This document shows, piece after piece, positions 46,211 to 54,425 of a stretch of 64,000 bases of DNA; position 1 is the stretch's first letter; each line of letters starts with the position of its first letter. The DNA is from Anaerovoracaceae bacterium (GTDB lineage Bacteria; Bacillota; Clostridia; Peptostreptococcales; Anaerovoracaceae). The notes under the pieces are model-generated. The model was not told the origin of the DNA and searched no databases. It saw only the letters and a program-made list of their open reading frames with translations. The stretch lies in the NCBI GenBank assembly GCA_045604065.1, contig JAZUNH010000059.1:37216-101215 (forward strand), in the 5' to 3' direction. The translations under genes were made by a program, and so were the position numbers.

Positions 46211-47596
46211 ATGATACATCAGTACAAACTGAACGGATATAATATCGTTCTTGACGTTAACAGCGGGTCTGTACATTATGTGGATGATGTCTGCTATGAC
46301 ATCATCCGTTCTTTTTGTGACGCTGAAGAAGAAGGTAAGGAGCCTGACCTCGCCGCGGTCAAAGCCGATGTCATCAGCAGATATCCGGGCGAGACGGACG
46401 AATCGGTCGAAGCCGCTTTCCGCGACATAGATGAGCTGAAGAAGCAGGGGAAGCTGTTCACGCCTGACATCTATAAGCCTAAGGCGACGTACCTCAAGAA
46501 CAGGCACACGGAGATCAAAGCCCTCTGCCTTCACGTCGCTCATACGTGTAACCTGAACTGCGAGTACTGCTTCGCGAGCCAGGGCAAGTTCCACGGCGAG
46601 AGAGCTCTGATGAGCCTCGATACCGCAAAGCGCGCGATGGACTTCCTGATCGAGAACTCCGGGAATCACGTCAATCTCGAAGTCGACTTCTTCGGCGGCG
46701 AGCCTCTCATGAACTGGGACGTGGTAAAGGGGACGGTCGAATACGCCCGGTCCATAGAGAAGGAGCATCACAAGAATTTCCGCTTCACGCTCACGACCAA
46801 CGGAGTCGGGATAAACGACGAGGTCATCGACTTTGTGAACAGAGAGTGCCACAACGTTGTGCTGAGCCTCGACGGCAGGAAAGAGGTGCACGACGCGCTC
46901 CGCAAGACGATAACGGGCGAGGGAAGCTACGACATGATAGTGCCGAAGTTCCAGAAGCTCGTCAAGGCGCGCGGCGGGAAGAACTACTACATGAGAGGGA
47001 CCTTTACACACGCGAACGTGGATTTCACCAACGACATCTTCCACATGGCGGATCTCGGGTTCGACCAGCTCTCGATGGAGCCTGTCGTCTGCAGCCCGGA
47101 CGAGCCGTATGCCCTTACTGAAGAGGACAAGGAGAAGATATACGAGCAGTATGAGATCCTTGCGAAGGACATGCTGCGCCGTGAGAAAGAGGGACGTCCT
47201 ATCACCTTCTATCACTACATGATCGACCTTACCGCGGGGCCGTGTATCTACAAGAGGATATCCGGCTGCGGCTCCGGTACGGAATACTTCGCGGTGACGC
47301 CGTGGGGAGATCTTTATCCGTGCCACCAGTTCGTCGGGGAGACAAAGTTCAAAATGGGAGACATCTGGAACGGGATAGACAGGGAAGACATAAAAGAAGA
47401 GTTCAAGATGTGCAACGTGTACGCGCGTGAGGAGTGCAGGAAGTGCTGGGCGAGGCTATACTGCTCAGGAGGCTGCGCCGCGAACGCATATCACGGGACC
47501 GGTTCCGTAACGGGCGTGTACGAGTACGGATGCGATCTCTTCAGGAAGAGGATCGAGTGCGCGCTCATGATGAAAGTCGCGGAGGCTGAGCTATGA
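46211..47596 (+). CDS. scfB: SCIFF radical SAM/SPASM maturase
   Basis: MIHQYKLNGYNIVLD RRE-like start; CNLNCEYC; FFGGEPL; SPASM CGSG...GDLYPCHQF...C..CWARLYCSGGCAAN. Confidence 0.96.
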   Translation: MIHQYKLNGYNIVLDVNSGSVHYVDDVCYDIIRSFCDAEEEGKEPDLAAVKADVISRYPGETDESVEAAFRDIDELKKQGKLFTPDIYKPKATYLKNRHTEIKALCLHVAHTCNLNCEYCFASQGKFHGERALMSLDTAKRAMDFLIENSGNHVNLEVDFFGGEPLMNWDVVKGTVEYARSIEKEHHKNFRFTLTTNGVGINDEVIDFVNRECHNVVLSLDGRKEVHDALRKTITGEGSYDMIVPKFQKLVKARGGKNYYMRGTFTHANVDFTNDIFHMADLGFDQLSMEPVVCSPDEPYALTEEDKEKIYEQYEILAKDMLRREKEGRPITFYHYMIDLTAGPCIYKRISGCGSGTEYFAVTPWGDLYPCHQFVGETKFKMGDIWNGIDREDIKEEFKMCNVYAREECRKCWARLYCSGGCAANAYHGTGSVTGVYEYGCDLFRKRIECALMMKVAEAEL

Positions 47597-48297
47597 GGAT
47601 AAACAAATATCTGGCTGACGCCGGCATCTGCAGCAGGAGAAAGGCCGACGAGCTCATAGAGAAGGGCATGGTCAGAGTCAACGGCGTCGTTCTAACAAAG
47701 CCGGGATACGACGTCCAGGACAGTGATACGGTCACGGTCGGGAAGGACGAGGTAAAGCCTTCGGGTCAGAAGTTCTACTACGTGATCAACAAGCCTATCG
47801 GATGCGTGACTTCCGTTTCCGACGACGCGGGACGCACGACGGTCATGGACTATTTCGACGATACTTCGGCGAGGCTGTTTCCTGTCGGAAGGCTCGACTA
47901 CAATACGAGCGGAGTCCTGTTTGTGACGAACGACGGAGACTTTGCCTACCACATGACGCATCCGAAGCATAAGATAGACAAGCTGTACCGCGTGAGGATA
48001 GCCGGGCAGATCAGCAAGGAGGACATATCCAAGCTGAGGCACGGGGTCGACATCGGCGGATTCACGACTTCGAGGGCGAGGGTGGACCTTGTAAGCTGGT
48101 CGAATCACTCGACGCTTCTCGACGTAACGATACACGAGGGCAAGAACAGGCAGGTCCGCCGGATGTTCGAGGCGGTCGGAAAGCATGTGGAAGAGCTCAC
48201 CAGGCTGGAGTTCGCAGGCATAGGGCTCGGGCATCTCAAGCCGGGGCAGTACAGGAAGCTCAACCCGAACGAAGTCGGAAGACTCATGAATCTGTAG
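47593..48297 (+). CDS. rluB: rRNA pseudouridine synthase (RluB/RsuA family)
   Basis: S4 domain MRINKYLA..GICSRRKADELI; GRLDYNTSG; EGKNRQVRRM. Confidence 0.88.
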   Translation: MRINKYLADAGICSRRKADELIEKGMVRVNGVVLTKPGYDVQDSDTVTVGKDEVKPSGQKFYYVINKPIGCVTSVSDDAGRTTVMDYFDDTSARLFPVGRLDYNTSGVLFVTNDGDFAYHMTHPKHKIDKLYRVRIAGQISKEDISKLRHGVDIGGFTTSRARVDLVSWSNHSTLLDVTIHEGKNRQVRRMFEAVGKHVEELTRLEFAGIGLGHLKPGQYRKLNPNEVGRLMNL

Positions 48298-48327
48298 AAG
48301 GCATGGCCCAGAGTCATGCTTTTTTAT
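48298..48327 (+). terminator. Intrinsic terminator
   Basis: AAGGCATGG-CCCAGAG-TCATGCTTT followed by a T run. Confidence 0.6.
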
Positions 48328-48329
48328 TG

Positions 48330-48358
48330 TTGAATAATATGTAAATATAAGGTAAAAT
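48330..48358 (+). promoter_or_regulatory. Putative sigma-A promoter
   Basis: TTGAAT-N17-TAAAAT upstream of the 48401 gene. Confidence 0.55.
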
Positions 48359-48400
48359 CTTGTATAGTGAGTGAGTATATCCATTTTTGGAGGCACAAAA

Positions 48401-50146
48401 ATGAGCGATAGACTGGAAAAACTGTTCACACTGACCGACATTGAGAACCTTGAAGGCGCGCCTGTAACTATCGAGGCTGGCGGACTTATCAAGGATACCA
48501 AGACCGGCCGTGTGTTGGCCAGAATGTATTTCAAGAACTGCGCGGACAAGCCTTTAAGCTCTGTCCTTGTCGGCTTCAGGCCGATGGGGGAGAACGGAAG
48601 GGCCATCTCCGGGATGCGCGACTATCTGTATGACGCGAAGGGCGTTCCTGTAGGGGAGATCTTCGGCGACCAGACGGGCATCCTGTTCGATAATAACGAT
48701 ACAAAGTCTTTCTCAGCCGATGTTGAGGAAGTCGATTTTGAGGACGGCGGATACTGGGATGCCGCCGAGGAAAAGAAAAAGGCGGAGGAGCTCAAGCTCA
48801 TCGTTCCTGAGGAGAAGGAACAGCCTGAGCAGGTGCCTGAGATGTGGGAGAAGCCTGCTGAGAAGACGAGCGCGCCTGCCGTCTGGGATGAGGACACCCA
48901 TGAGGACGAGCCTCATTCAGCTGAGATATACGGCGCCGCCGTGGTGGAGCAGACGTTCGAAGGGCCTGACAACGGCGATTTTGTTCCGGCAAGCATGGAG
49001 ACGAGGCAGCTCGGGCATGAAGAAAGACCTGCACTTGAAGAGCAGACTGACGCGTTCAGAAAAGAAGAGCAGAAGGAGGTCATCGAGCTGGAGGGGCCGT
49101 CTGAGGAAGAACAGCCTGTGATAGAGCTCGGCGGTCCGACAGAAGAAGCGGCCGAAGAGGCTCCTGCCGAGGAAGAGCCGATCAGCGAGCTCGTTCCTGA
49201 AGAGCCTGCGGATATAGAAGCGTACTTTGAGAAGCCGGCTGAAGAGACTCCGGCTGAAGCGCCTGCTGAGACTCCAGTACAGGAACCTGCCGAGGAGCCG
49301 GAAGAGCCGGAAAGGCCTGTAAGGCTTGCCGACATGTATGGCGGAGCGGTCGTTGCGTCGGAGCTTGCATCATATGCGGCGGCATACGAAAAGAGAATAG
49401 AGACTCCTGAAGAGGAGCCTGAAGTGTCTGCTGAGACTCCGGCACAGGAACCTGTCGAGGAGCCGGCGCCGATCGAAGAACTCGTTCCTGAAGAGCCTGC
49501 AGATATAGAAGCGTATTTTGAGACGCCGGAAGAAGCGCCTGCTGAGGCACCTGCACAGGAGCCTGTCGAGGAGCCTGCGCCTGCTGAAGAAGTACAGCCA
49601 GCGCCTGTCGAGGAGCCGGCACCTGTCGAAGAAGCACAGCCTGAGCCTGTAAAAGAGCCAGCTCCTGAAGAAGATAATCAGTGGGCCGGATATGGGTTCG
49701 CACAGCCTGAGGAGGAAAAGCCTGAAGAAAAGCCGTTCACACTTACTCCTGCTGAGCCGGAGGAGACAAAGCCGGAGGAGGCGGAGCCTGTTCAGGAACA
49801 GGAATACATACCTAAGATAGAAGATACGATAGAGCTTCCTAAGGCAGTCGCGCCTGAAAAAGACGCGGAAGACGCGGAGGAGATCCTCGCCGCGATAGCG
49901 GCTAAGGAAGAGCCTGTGGAAAAGCCTGAAGAGGAAAAGAAGGAAGAGACAGAAGAAGCAGCCGCTCCTGCCGCTCAGAAAGCCGACGTGGTGTTTGCCC
50001 AGGAAGAGGAAGTCATTCCGTCGATCATACAGGATAAAGAAAAAGCGCTCACCGGTGAAGACCACAGCGGGCGCAATCTTATGAACATAGTAGTATTCGG
50101 AGGGATAGCCCTCATAATACTTCTGGTGCTTCTTCTCAAAATGTAG
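48401..50146 (+). CDS. Protein with N-terminal beta-sandwich-like domain, acidic E/P/A-rich repeats and terminal TM helix
   Basis: GGAGG RBS before ATG 48401; ELVPEEPADIEAYFE repeated twice; ends IVVFGGIALIILLVLLLKM. Confidence 0.75.
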   Translation: MSDRLEKLFTLTDIENLEGAPVTIEAGGLIKDTKTGRVLARMYFKNCADKPLSSVLVGFRPMGENGRAISGMRDYLYDAKGVPVGEIFGDQTGILFDNNDTKSFSADVEEVDFEDGGYWDAAEEKKKAEELKLIVPEEKEQPEQVPEMWEKPAEKTSAPAVWDEDTHEDEPHSAEIYGAAVVEQTFEGPDNGDFVPASMETRQLGHEERPALEEQTDAFRKEEQKEVIELEGPSEEEQPVIELGGPTEEAAEEAPAEEEPISELVPEEPADIEAYFEKPAEETPAEAPAETPVQEPAEEPEEPERPVRLADMYGGAVVASELASYAAAYEKRIETPEEEPEVSAETPAQEPVEEPAPIEELVPEEPADIEAYFETPEEAPAEAPAQEPVEEPAPAEEVQPAPVEEPAPVEEAQPEPVKEPAPEEDNQWAGYGFAQPEEEKPEEKPFTLTPAEPEETKPEEAEPVQEQEYIPKIEDTIELPKAVAPEKDAEDAEEILAAIAAKEEPVEKPEEEKKEETEEAAAPAAQKADVVFAQEEEVIPSIIQDKEKALTGEDHSGRNLMNIVVFGGIALIILLVLLLKM

Positions 50147-51433
50147 CTAGTCCTGCTTTGACAGCAGGTCCACAAATCCGAGAAGATCACCGGAAGAGCC
50201 GAACATGGCTCTTGCCATCTGAGACTTGCCGCCGCCCTTGCCCGAAAAGGCAGGGGCGTTTTCTTTTACGAGTTTTCCGCAGTCCATGGCGTCTGATACC
50301 AGGAGCGCGGTGTTCTCGCTCTTTCCCGCGAGTATCGTGAGCTCAGGCCGCTCATATTCTCTGCTGAGGCGGTCCATCTGCCTGACTATCTGGAGAAGGT
50401 CATCCGTAGTGAGATCGTCGTAGACGCGCGAGACAGTCTTATCTCCGCATGTCATTATGGAGAGCGCCTCGCTCCTTACTACGCGCTGCGACATCATGGT
50501 GAGGCGGTCGTGGAGCTTCGCGGTCTTCTCCTCGGATATGAGGAACTTCTTCTTCAGGTCCTCGAGCCCAGTCGAGAGCTCGCATGACACGTCGTACATG
50601 TCGTTGAGCCTCGTCTGGTAGTGGCGGAAAGCCCTCTCGCCGCATTCGAGATATATCCTCGACATGCCTTTGTTCGGCTCGATCTTGTATATCTTGATCA
50701 TGCCGACCTGGCCCGCCGATGACGGGTGCGTGCCGCAGCATGCCACACAGTCGTACGGCGATCCCGGATCCCCTACGGTTATTACCGATATGTCCTCGTC
50801 GAACGCGAGAGCTTTCCTAAGAGGGAGCTTCTCCGCCTCCTCGCGCGTGTCGAAATGCGAGCGCGTCACGGGGGCGTCGAGCCATATGACACGGTTAGCC
50901 TCCAGCTCGGCTTTCTCCGCCATCTCCCACGTCACTCTGTCAAAGTGACCGAGCCCCATCTTTTCCTGGGCTTCTCTGTCAAACGCGAGATCGATCGTGA
51001 TGTAGTCTTCGCCCATATGGAAGCCTTTGTTCACGGCGCCGAAGAGCCTGTAGAAGGCTCCGGACAGTATGTGTTCGCCGAGGTGCCTCTGCATGTTGTC
51101 GAATCTGTGGTCCCAGTCGATCTCAAGAGCCATTGCGTCGCCGGGCTTAGGAGGGATAATGCCGCCTCCGGCTTTGAGCACGTGGTACACCAGCCCGTCT
51201 TTCTCCTGTACGTCTGTCACGAGAAAAGCATGCTCGGGATCGCCTGGGTAATATACCCGGCCTGTATCCGCGCTCTGACCCCCTCCCTCCGGGAAGAACA
51301 CAGTCCGGTCGAAGCAGACAGTGTACAGATGTTCGCAGCAGGAGTCGGACGGATGTTCGTCACTTACTGCGGCAGCGACTGCCTCGCAGGACCTCAGATA
51401 TGCGTTATTTTCATACATTTTTACAGTTTTCAT
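50147..51433 (-). CDS. AlaX-like alanyl-tRNA editing protein with DHHA1 domain
   Basis: TVFFPEGGGQSADTG, RFDNMQRHLGEHILSG (HxxxH), CCGTH (CxxxH), GKGGGK; start 51433 after a GGAGGG RBS. Confidence 0.9.
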   Translation of the reverse strand: MKTVKMYENNAYLRSCEAVAAAVSDEHPSDSCCEHLYTVCFDRTVFFPEGGGQSADTGRVYYPGDPEHAFLVTDVQEKDGLVYHVLKAGGGIIPPKPGDAMALEIDWDHRFDNMQRHLGEHILSGAFYRLFGAVNKGFHMGEDYITIDLAFDREAQEKMGLGHFDRVTWEMAEKAELEANRVIWLDAPVTRSHFDTREEAEKLPLRKALAFDEDISVITVGDPGSPYDCVACCGTHPSSAGQVGMIKIYKIEPNKGMSRIYLECGERAFRHYQTRLNDMYDVSCELSTGLEDLKKKFLISEEKTAKLHDRLTMMSQRVVRSEALSIMTCGDKTVSRVYDDLTTDDLLQIVRQMDRLSREYERPELTILAGKSENTALLVSDAMDCGKLVKENAPAFSGKGGGKSQMARAMFGSSGDLLGFVDLLSKQD

Positions 51434-51480
51434 ATCTTCCCTCCGGAGCCGGAAAAAATTTTTTAAAAAAGAACAGAAAA

Positions 51481-51656
51481 TGTGGATAACTATATATTGA
51501 CAAAAGGCGGGCATGCTTTCAGCCTTGTATTTTCAATGTGTGCAGCCATTATCGTTATCCACATGCAAAAGTCGATAAAATCGTATACAATCTGGAACTC
51601 ACATGTGGAAAAGTCAAGAGCAGTTGAAAATACTAACATGCTCGTCATGTGAAAAA
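51481..51656. promoter_or_regulatory. Cluster of four DnaA boxes
   Basis: TGTGGATAA 51481-89 and TTATCCACA 51555-63 (both perfect); TGTGGAAAA 51604-12 and TGTGAAAAA 51648-56 (fit TTWTNCACA). Confidence 0.65.
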
Positions 51657-51690
51657 CATATGTTCAAAAACGAACAGGAGTTTACATAAT
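51654..51690. promoter_or_regulatory. Two LexA (SOS)-like boxes over a putative + strand promoter
   Basis: AAACATATGTTC 51654-65 (reverse complement GAAC-ATAT-GTTT); GAAC-AGGA-GTTT 51672-83; TTCAAA-N16-CATAAT 51663-90. Confidence 0.5.
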
Positions 51691-51692
51691 TC

Positions 51693-52886
51693 CTACTCGT
51701 CGTTATTCCTCGTTATCTCCTTCATGAACTCGTTGAAGTCGTCATAGCCGCTTGCGAGGAACTGCGCCATGACAGGCTCGTTGAACTCATAGTTCCCGAT
51801 AAGCTCCATCGATTTATAGACGGGAGAGAACACGAGGTCAAGCTCGATAAGCGCTATGTCCTGCTGCGAGCTCGACGAACAGATGAACTGTCCGGTCGAG
51901 GTCAGGTGGTATATACCGAAGATATCGTCGTACAGCCTGTAGTCACGCGTATCAACGTGGTTGTTGTTAGGGCGGAACAGCATGTACGAGATTCCGTCGT
52001 TCTCTTCGATCAGGGTGGATCTTCTGGTGAACGGCGTGGAGTCCTGCGAAAGCCTGGCGTCTTTGTCGGTTATGTTATATACCATGACGAATTCAGGATG
52101 AGAAAGCATCATGAAAGCCTCTGTGTCAGATATGCGCATCCTCGACTTTCTTTTATATGAGGTCACGTATCCCCTGGAGAACGACATCTCCGAGATCCAC
52201 ATCTCGAATCCAGAATCGCTCTCGGCAAGGGACTCGCATGAGACGCTGTTCTTGTCATGCCATGATATCTTGTTCCTGTGCAGTGTGTATAGCGTTCCCC
52301 TGGCAGGCGAGTCCTTGCCGGATATCTTTCCTTCCGAAAGGAATTCAAGCCCCGCGCTGTCGCTGTCGCATATCCTCATCATGAAGTAATTGACGACCTC
52401 GTTCGGGGAGAGAGGGGATTTGCAGATCTTGCTGAAAAGAGTCTTCCCGGCTTCGCTGCTGACAGCAGGGATCTCCGCAAGCATCTTCTTCATGCGGATG
52501 CCGAGCCTCGGAAGCGGCTCGCCGGTCTTTTTGTTGACGCGGCTGAACTCTCTGATGAGGAAAAGCGCTTCGTCTTCGGATATGCCGACTTTGGATCCGC
52601 CCAGGCCGCCGGCAAAAGATGTCTCCGCGGCGCGGAGCTCTTTCTCGTCATTCCCGGTGATCTCCTGGAACCTTTCAAAGCCGGTATCCACCGCATCAAA
52701 ATAGAAGAACTGGTGCACGTCGGTGTCCAGTCTGTCTTTCCATTTTACGTACATCGCGTTCACGCCCATGAGCCTCGTGTCGGTGACCCATGCTGAAACG
52801 AACGTGTACGGCTTCTGTTCCTCAGATGTGGCCGGCGGTCTGCCGTCCAGGCCGCCTCTGATGACTTTGAAAGGTGTGTCGGTCAT
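51693..52886 (-). CDS. Conserved-looking hypothetical protein, divergent from metK
   Basis: ~397-aa ORF with normal host-like codon usage; GGAGG RBS before ATG 52886; no recognised catalytic motif. Confidence 0.75.
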   Translation of the reverse strand: MTDTPFKVIRGGLDGRPPATSEEQKPYTFVSAWVTDTRLMGVNAMYVKWKDRLDTDVHQFFYFDAVDTGFERFQEITGNDEKELRAAETSFAGGLGGSKVGISEDEALFLIREFSRVNKKTGEPLPRLGIRMKKMLAEIPAVSSEAGKTLFSKICKSPLSPNEVVNYFMMRICDSDSAGLEFLSEGKISGKDSPARGTLYTLHRNKISWHDKNSVSCESLAESDSGFEMWISEMSFSRGYVTSYKRKSRMRISDTEAFMMLSHPEFVMVYNITDKDARLSQDSTPFTRRSTLIEENDGISYMLFRPNNNHVDTRDYRLYDDIFGIYHLTSTGQFICSSSSQQDIALIELDLVFSPVYKSMELIGNYEFNEPVMAQFLASGYDDFNEFMKEITRNNDE

Positions 52887-52958
52887 CTGCGCTTCCTCCC
52901 GCCTCAAGTATACCGTGATTCCTCGCCGCGGGTCAACTGTGAAAGAGGCCGTTTGCTC

Positions 52959-52986
52959 TTGACATAGTATGGGTATCTAGTATAAT
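52959..52986 (+). promoter_or_regulatory. Sigma-A promoter of the metK leader
   Basis: TTGACA-N16-TATAAT immediately before the riboswitch. Confidence 0.8.
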
Positions 52987-52993
52987 AGTAGAG

Positions 52994-53126
52994 TCCTTAT
53001 CAAGAGTGGCTGAGGGAATAGGCCCTTTGAAGCCCGGCAACCTGTGAAGGCCGTACGGCCAGTCAAGGTGCCAAGTCCTACAGAACGTGTCCGCTTGAGC
53101 GGATCACGGAATCTGAAAGATGAGGA
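52994..53126 (+). promoter_or_regulatory. SAM-I (S-box) riboswitch
   Basis: CTTATCAAGAG...GCTGAGGGAATAGGCCCTTTGAAGCCCGGCAACC...GGTGCCAAGTCC...CTGAAAGATGAGG, upstream of metK. Confidence 0.97.
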
Positions 53127-53149
53127 ATGATATATAAAAGATATGTCAT

Positions 53150-53181
53150 GCCTTTTCTTTCACATGAGAAAAGGTTTTTTT
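53150..53181 (+). terminator. Riboswitch expression-platform terminator
   Basis: CCTTTTCT-TTCACATG-AGAAAAGG followed by a T run, between the aptamer and the metK RBS. Confidence 0.85.
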
Positions 53182-53203
53182 ATTTACATTTAAGGAGAGC
53201 GAC

Positions 53204-54388
53204 ATGAAAAAACTATTTACATCTGAATCAGTAACGGAAGGTCATCCTGACAAGATCTGCGACCAGATATCCGACGCGATCCTCGACGCGATCCTTGAGA
53301 AGGATCCGTACGGAAGAGTAGCATGCGAGACTACGACGATCACAGGGTACGCAATGGTCATGGGAGAGATCAGCACGGAGTGCTATATCGACATACCGTC
53401 TATCGTAAGAGACGTCATCTGCGGTATCGGGTACAACAGGGCGAAATACGGGTTCGACGGCAGCACATGCGCGGTGCTTACGGCCATAGACGAGCAGTCG
53501 GGCGATATCGCGATGGGAGTCGATGACGCGCTCGAGCATAAAGAGGGCCTGATGGACGACGAGAAAGAGGCGATAGGAGCCGGCGACCAGGGCATGATGT
53601 TCGGATATGCCTGCAACGAGACTCCTGAGCTGATGCCTATGCCTATATCGCTTGCGCATAAGCTTGCCAGAAGGCTCGCTGAAGTCAGGAAGGACAAGAC
53701 GGTGAAATACCTGAGGCCTGACGGAAAGACGCAGGTCACGGTCGAGTATGACGATGATAAGGTAAAGAGAGTGGACACGATACTCGTATCCACACAGCAC
53801 GATCCTTCCGCGACACAGGAACAGATCAGGGAGGACATGATCGAGTATGTCATCAAGCCGGTCATCCCTGCGGAGCTGATGGATAAGGACACAAAGATCC
53901 TCGTCAATCCGACCGGAAGGTTTGTCATCGGAGGGCCTCACGGAGACTCCGGACTTACCGGAAGGAAGATCATCGTTGATACATACGGCGGGTACGCCCG
54001 TCACGGCGGCGGATGTTTTTCAGGAAAAGACCCTACAAAGGTTGACAGATCGGCATCATATGCTGCAAGATATGTAGCAAAGAACCTTGTCGCGGCAGGA
54101 CTCGCGGACAGGTGCGAGATACAGCTCGCATACGCGATAGGAGTGGCGAGGCCTGTATCGGTCATGGTGGACAGCTTCGGGACAGGAAAGGTCGACGACG
54201 AGAAGCTTGCGGACATAGTACAGAGACATTTCGACCTGCGTCCTGCGGCGATCATAGAGAAACTCGACCTGAGACGCCCTATCTACAGACAGACGGCGGC
54301 TTACGGCCACTTCGGAAGGACTGACATAGACCTTCCGTGGGAGCATCTGGATAAAGTTGAAGAGCTCAAGGCAGAGCTCGGACAGTAA
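53204..54388 (+). CDS. metK: S-adenosylmethionine synthase
   Basis: [54 protein letters not shown]. Confidence 0.99.
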   Translation: MKKLFTSESVTEGHPDKICDQISDAILDAILEKDPYGRVACETTTITGYAMVMGEISTECYIDIPSIVRDVICGIGYNRAKYGFDGSTCAVLTAIDEQSGDIAMGVDDALEHKEGLMDDEKEAIGAGDQGMMFGYACNETPELMPMPISLAHKLARRLAEVRKDKTVKYLRPDGKTQVTVEYDDDKVKRVDTILVSTQHDPSATQEQIREDMIEYVIKPVIPAELMDKDTKILVNPTGRFVIGGPHGDSGLTGRKIIVDTYGGYARHGGGCFSGKDPTKVDRSASYAARYVAKNLVAAGLADRCEIQLAYAIGVARPVSVMVDSFGTGKVDDEKLADIVQRHFDLRPAAIIEKLDLRRPIYRQTAAYGHFGRTDIDLPWEHLDKVEELKAELGQ

Positions 54389-54425
54389 GCCGGCTCATCC
54401 TGAGCCGGACAGGAAAGGAAGAACA

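Noticed and set aside
46169-47326. 385-aa reverse-strand ORF and many similar long antisense ORFs (e.g. 39125-40225, 37511-39025, 15227-16438)
   Set aside because: They lie entirely opposite confidently identified genes, lack motifs and RBS, and are expected shadows of GC-rich codon usage.
51453-51690. Calling this region oriC
   Set aside because: No dnaA/dnaN/rpmH is adjacent and genes are mostly + strand on both sides; kept only as a DnaA-box cluster.
51679-51706. Possible dif site: the - strand contains TTATGTAAACT, identical to the right arm of Bacillus dif
   Set aside because: The left arm (ATAACGACGAG) does not resemble the XerC arm and lies in the coding end of the upstream gene; there is also no switch in gene orientation.
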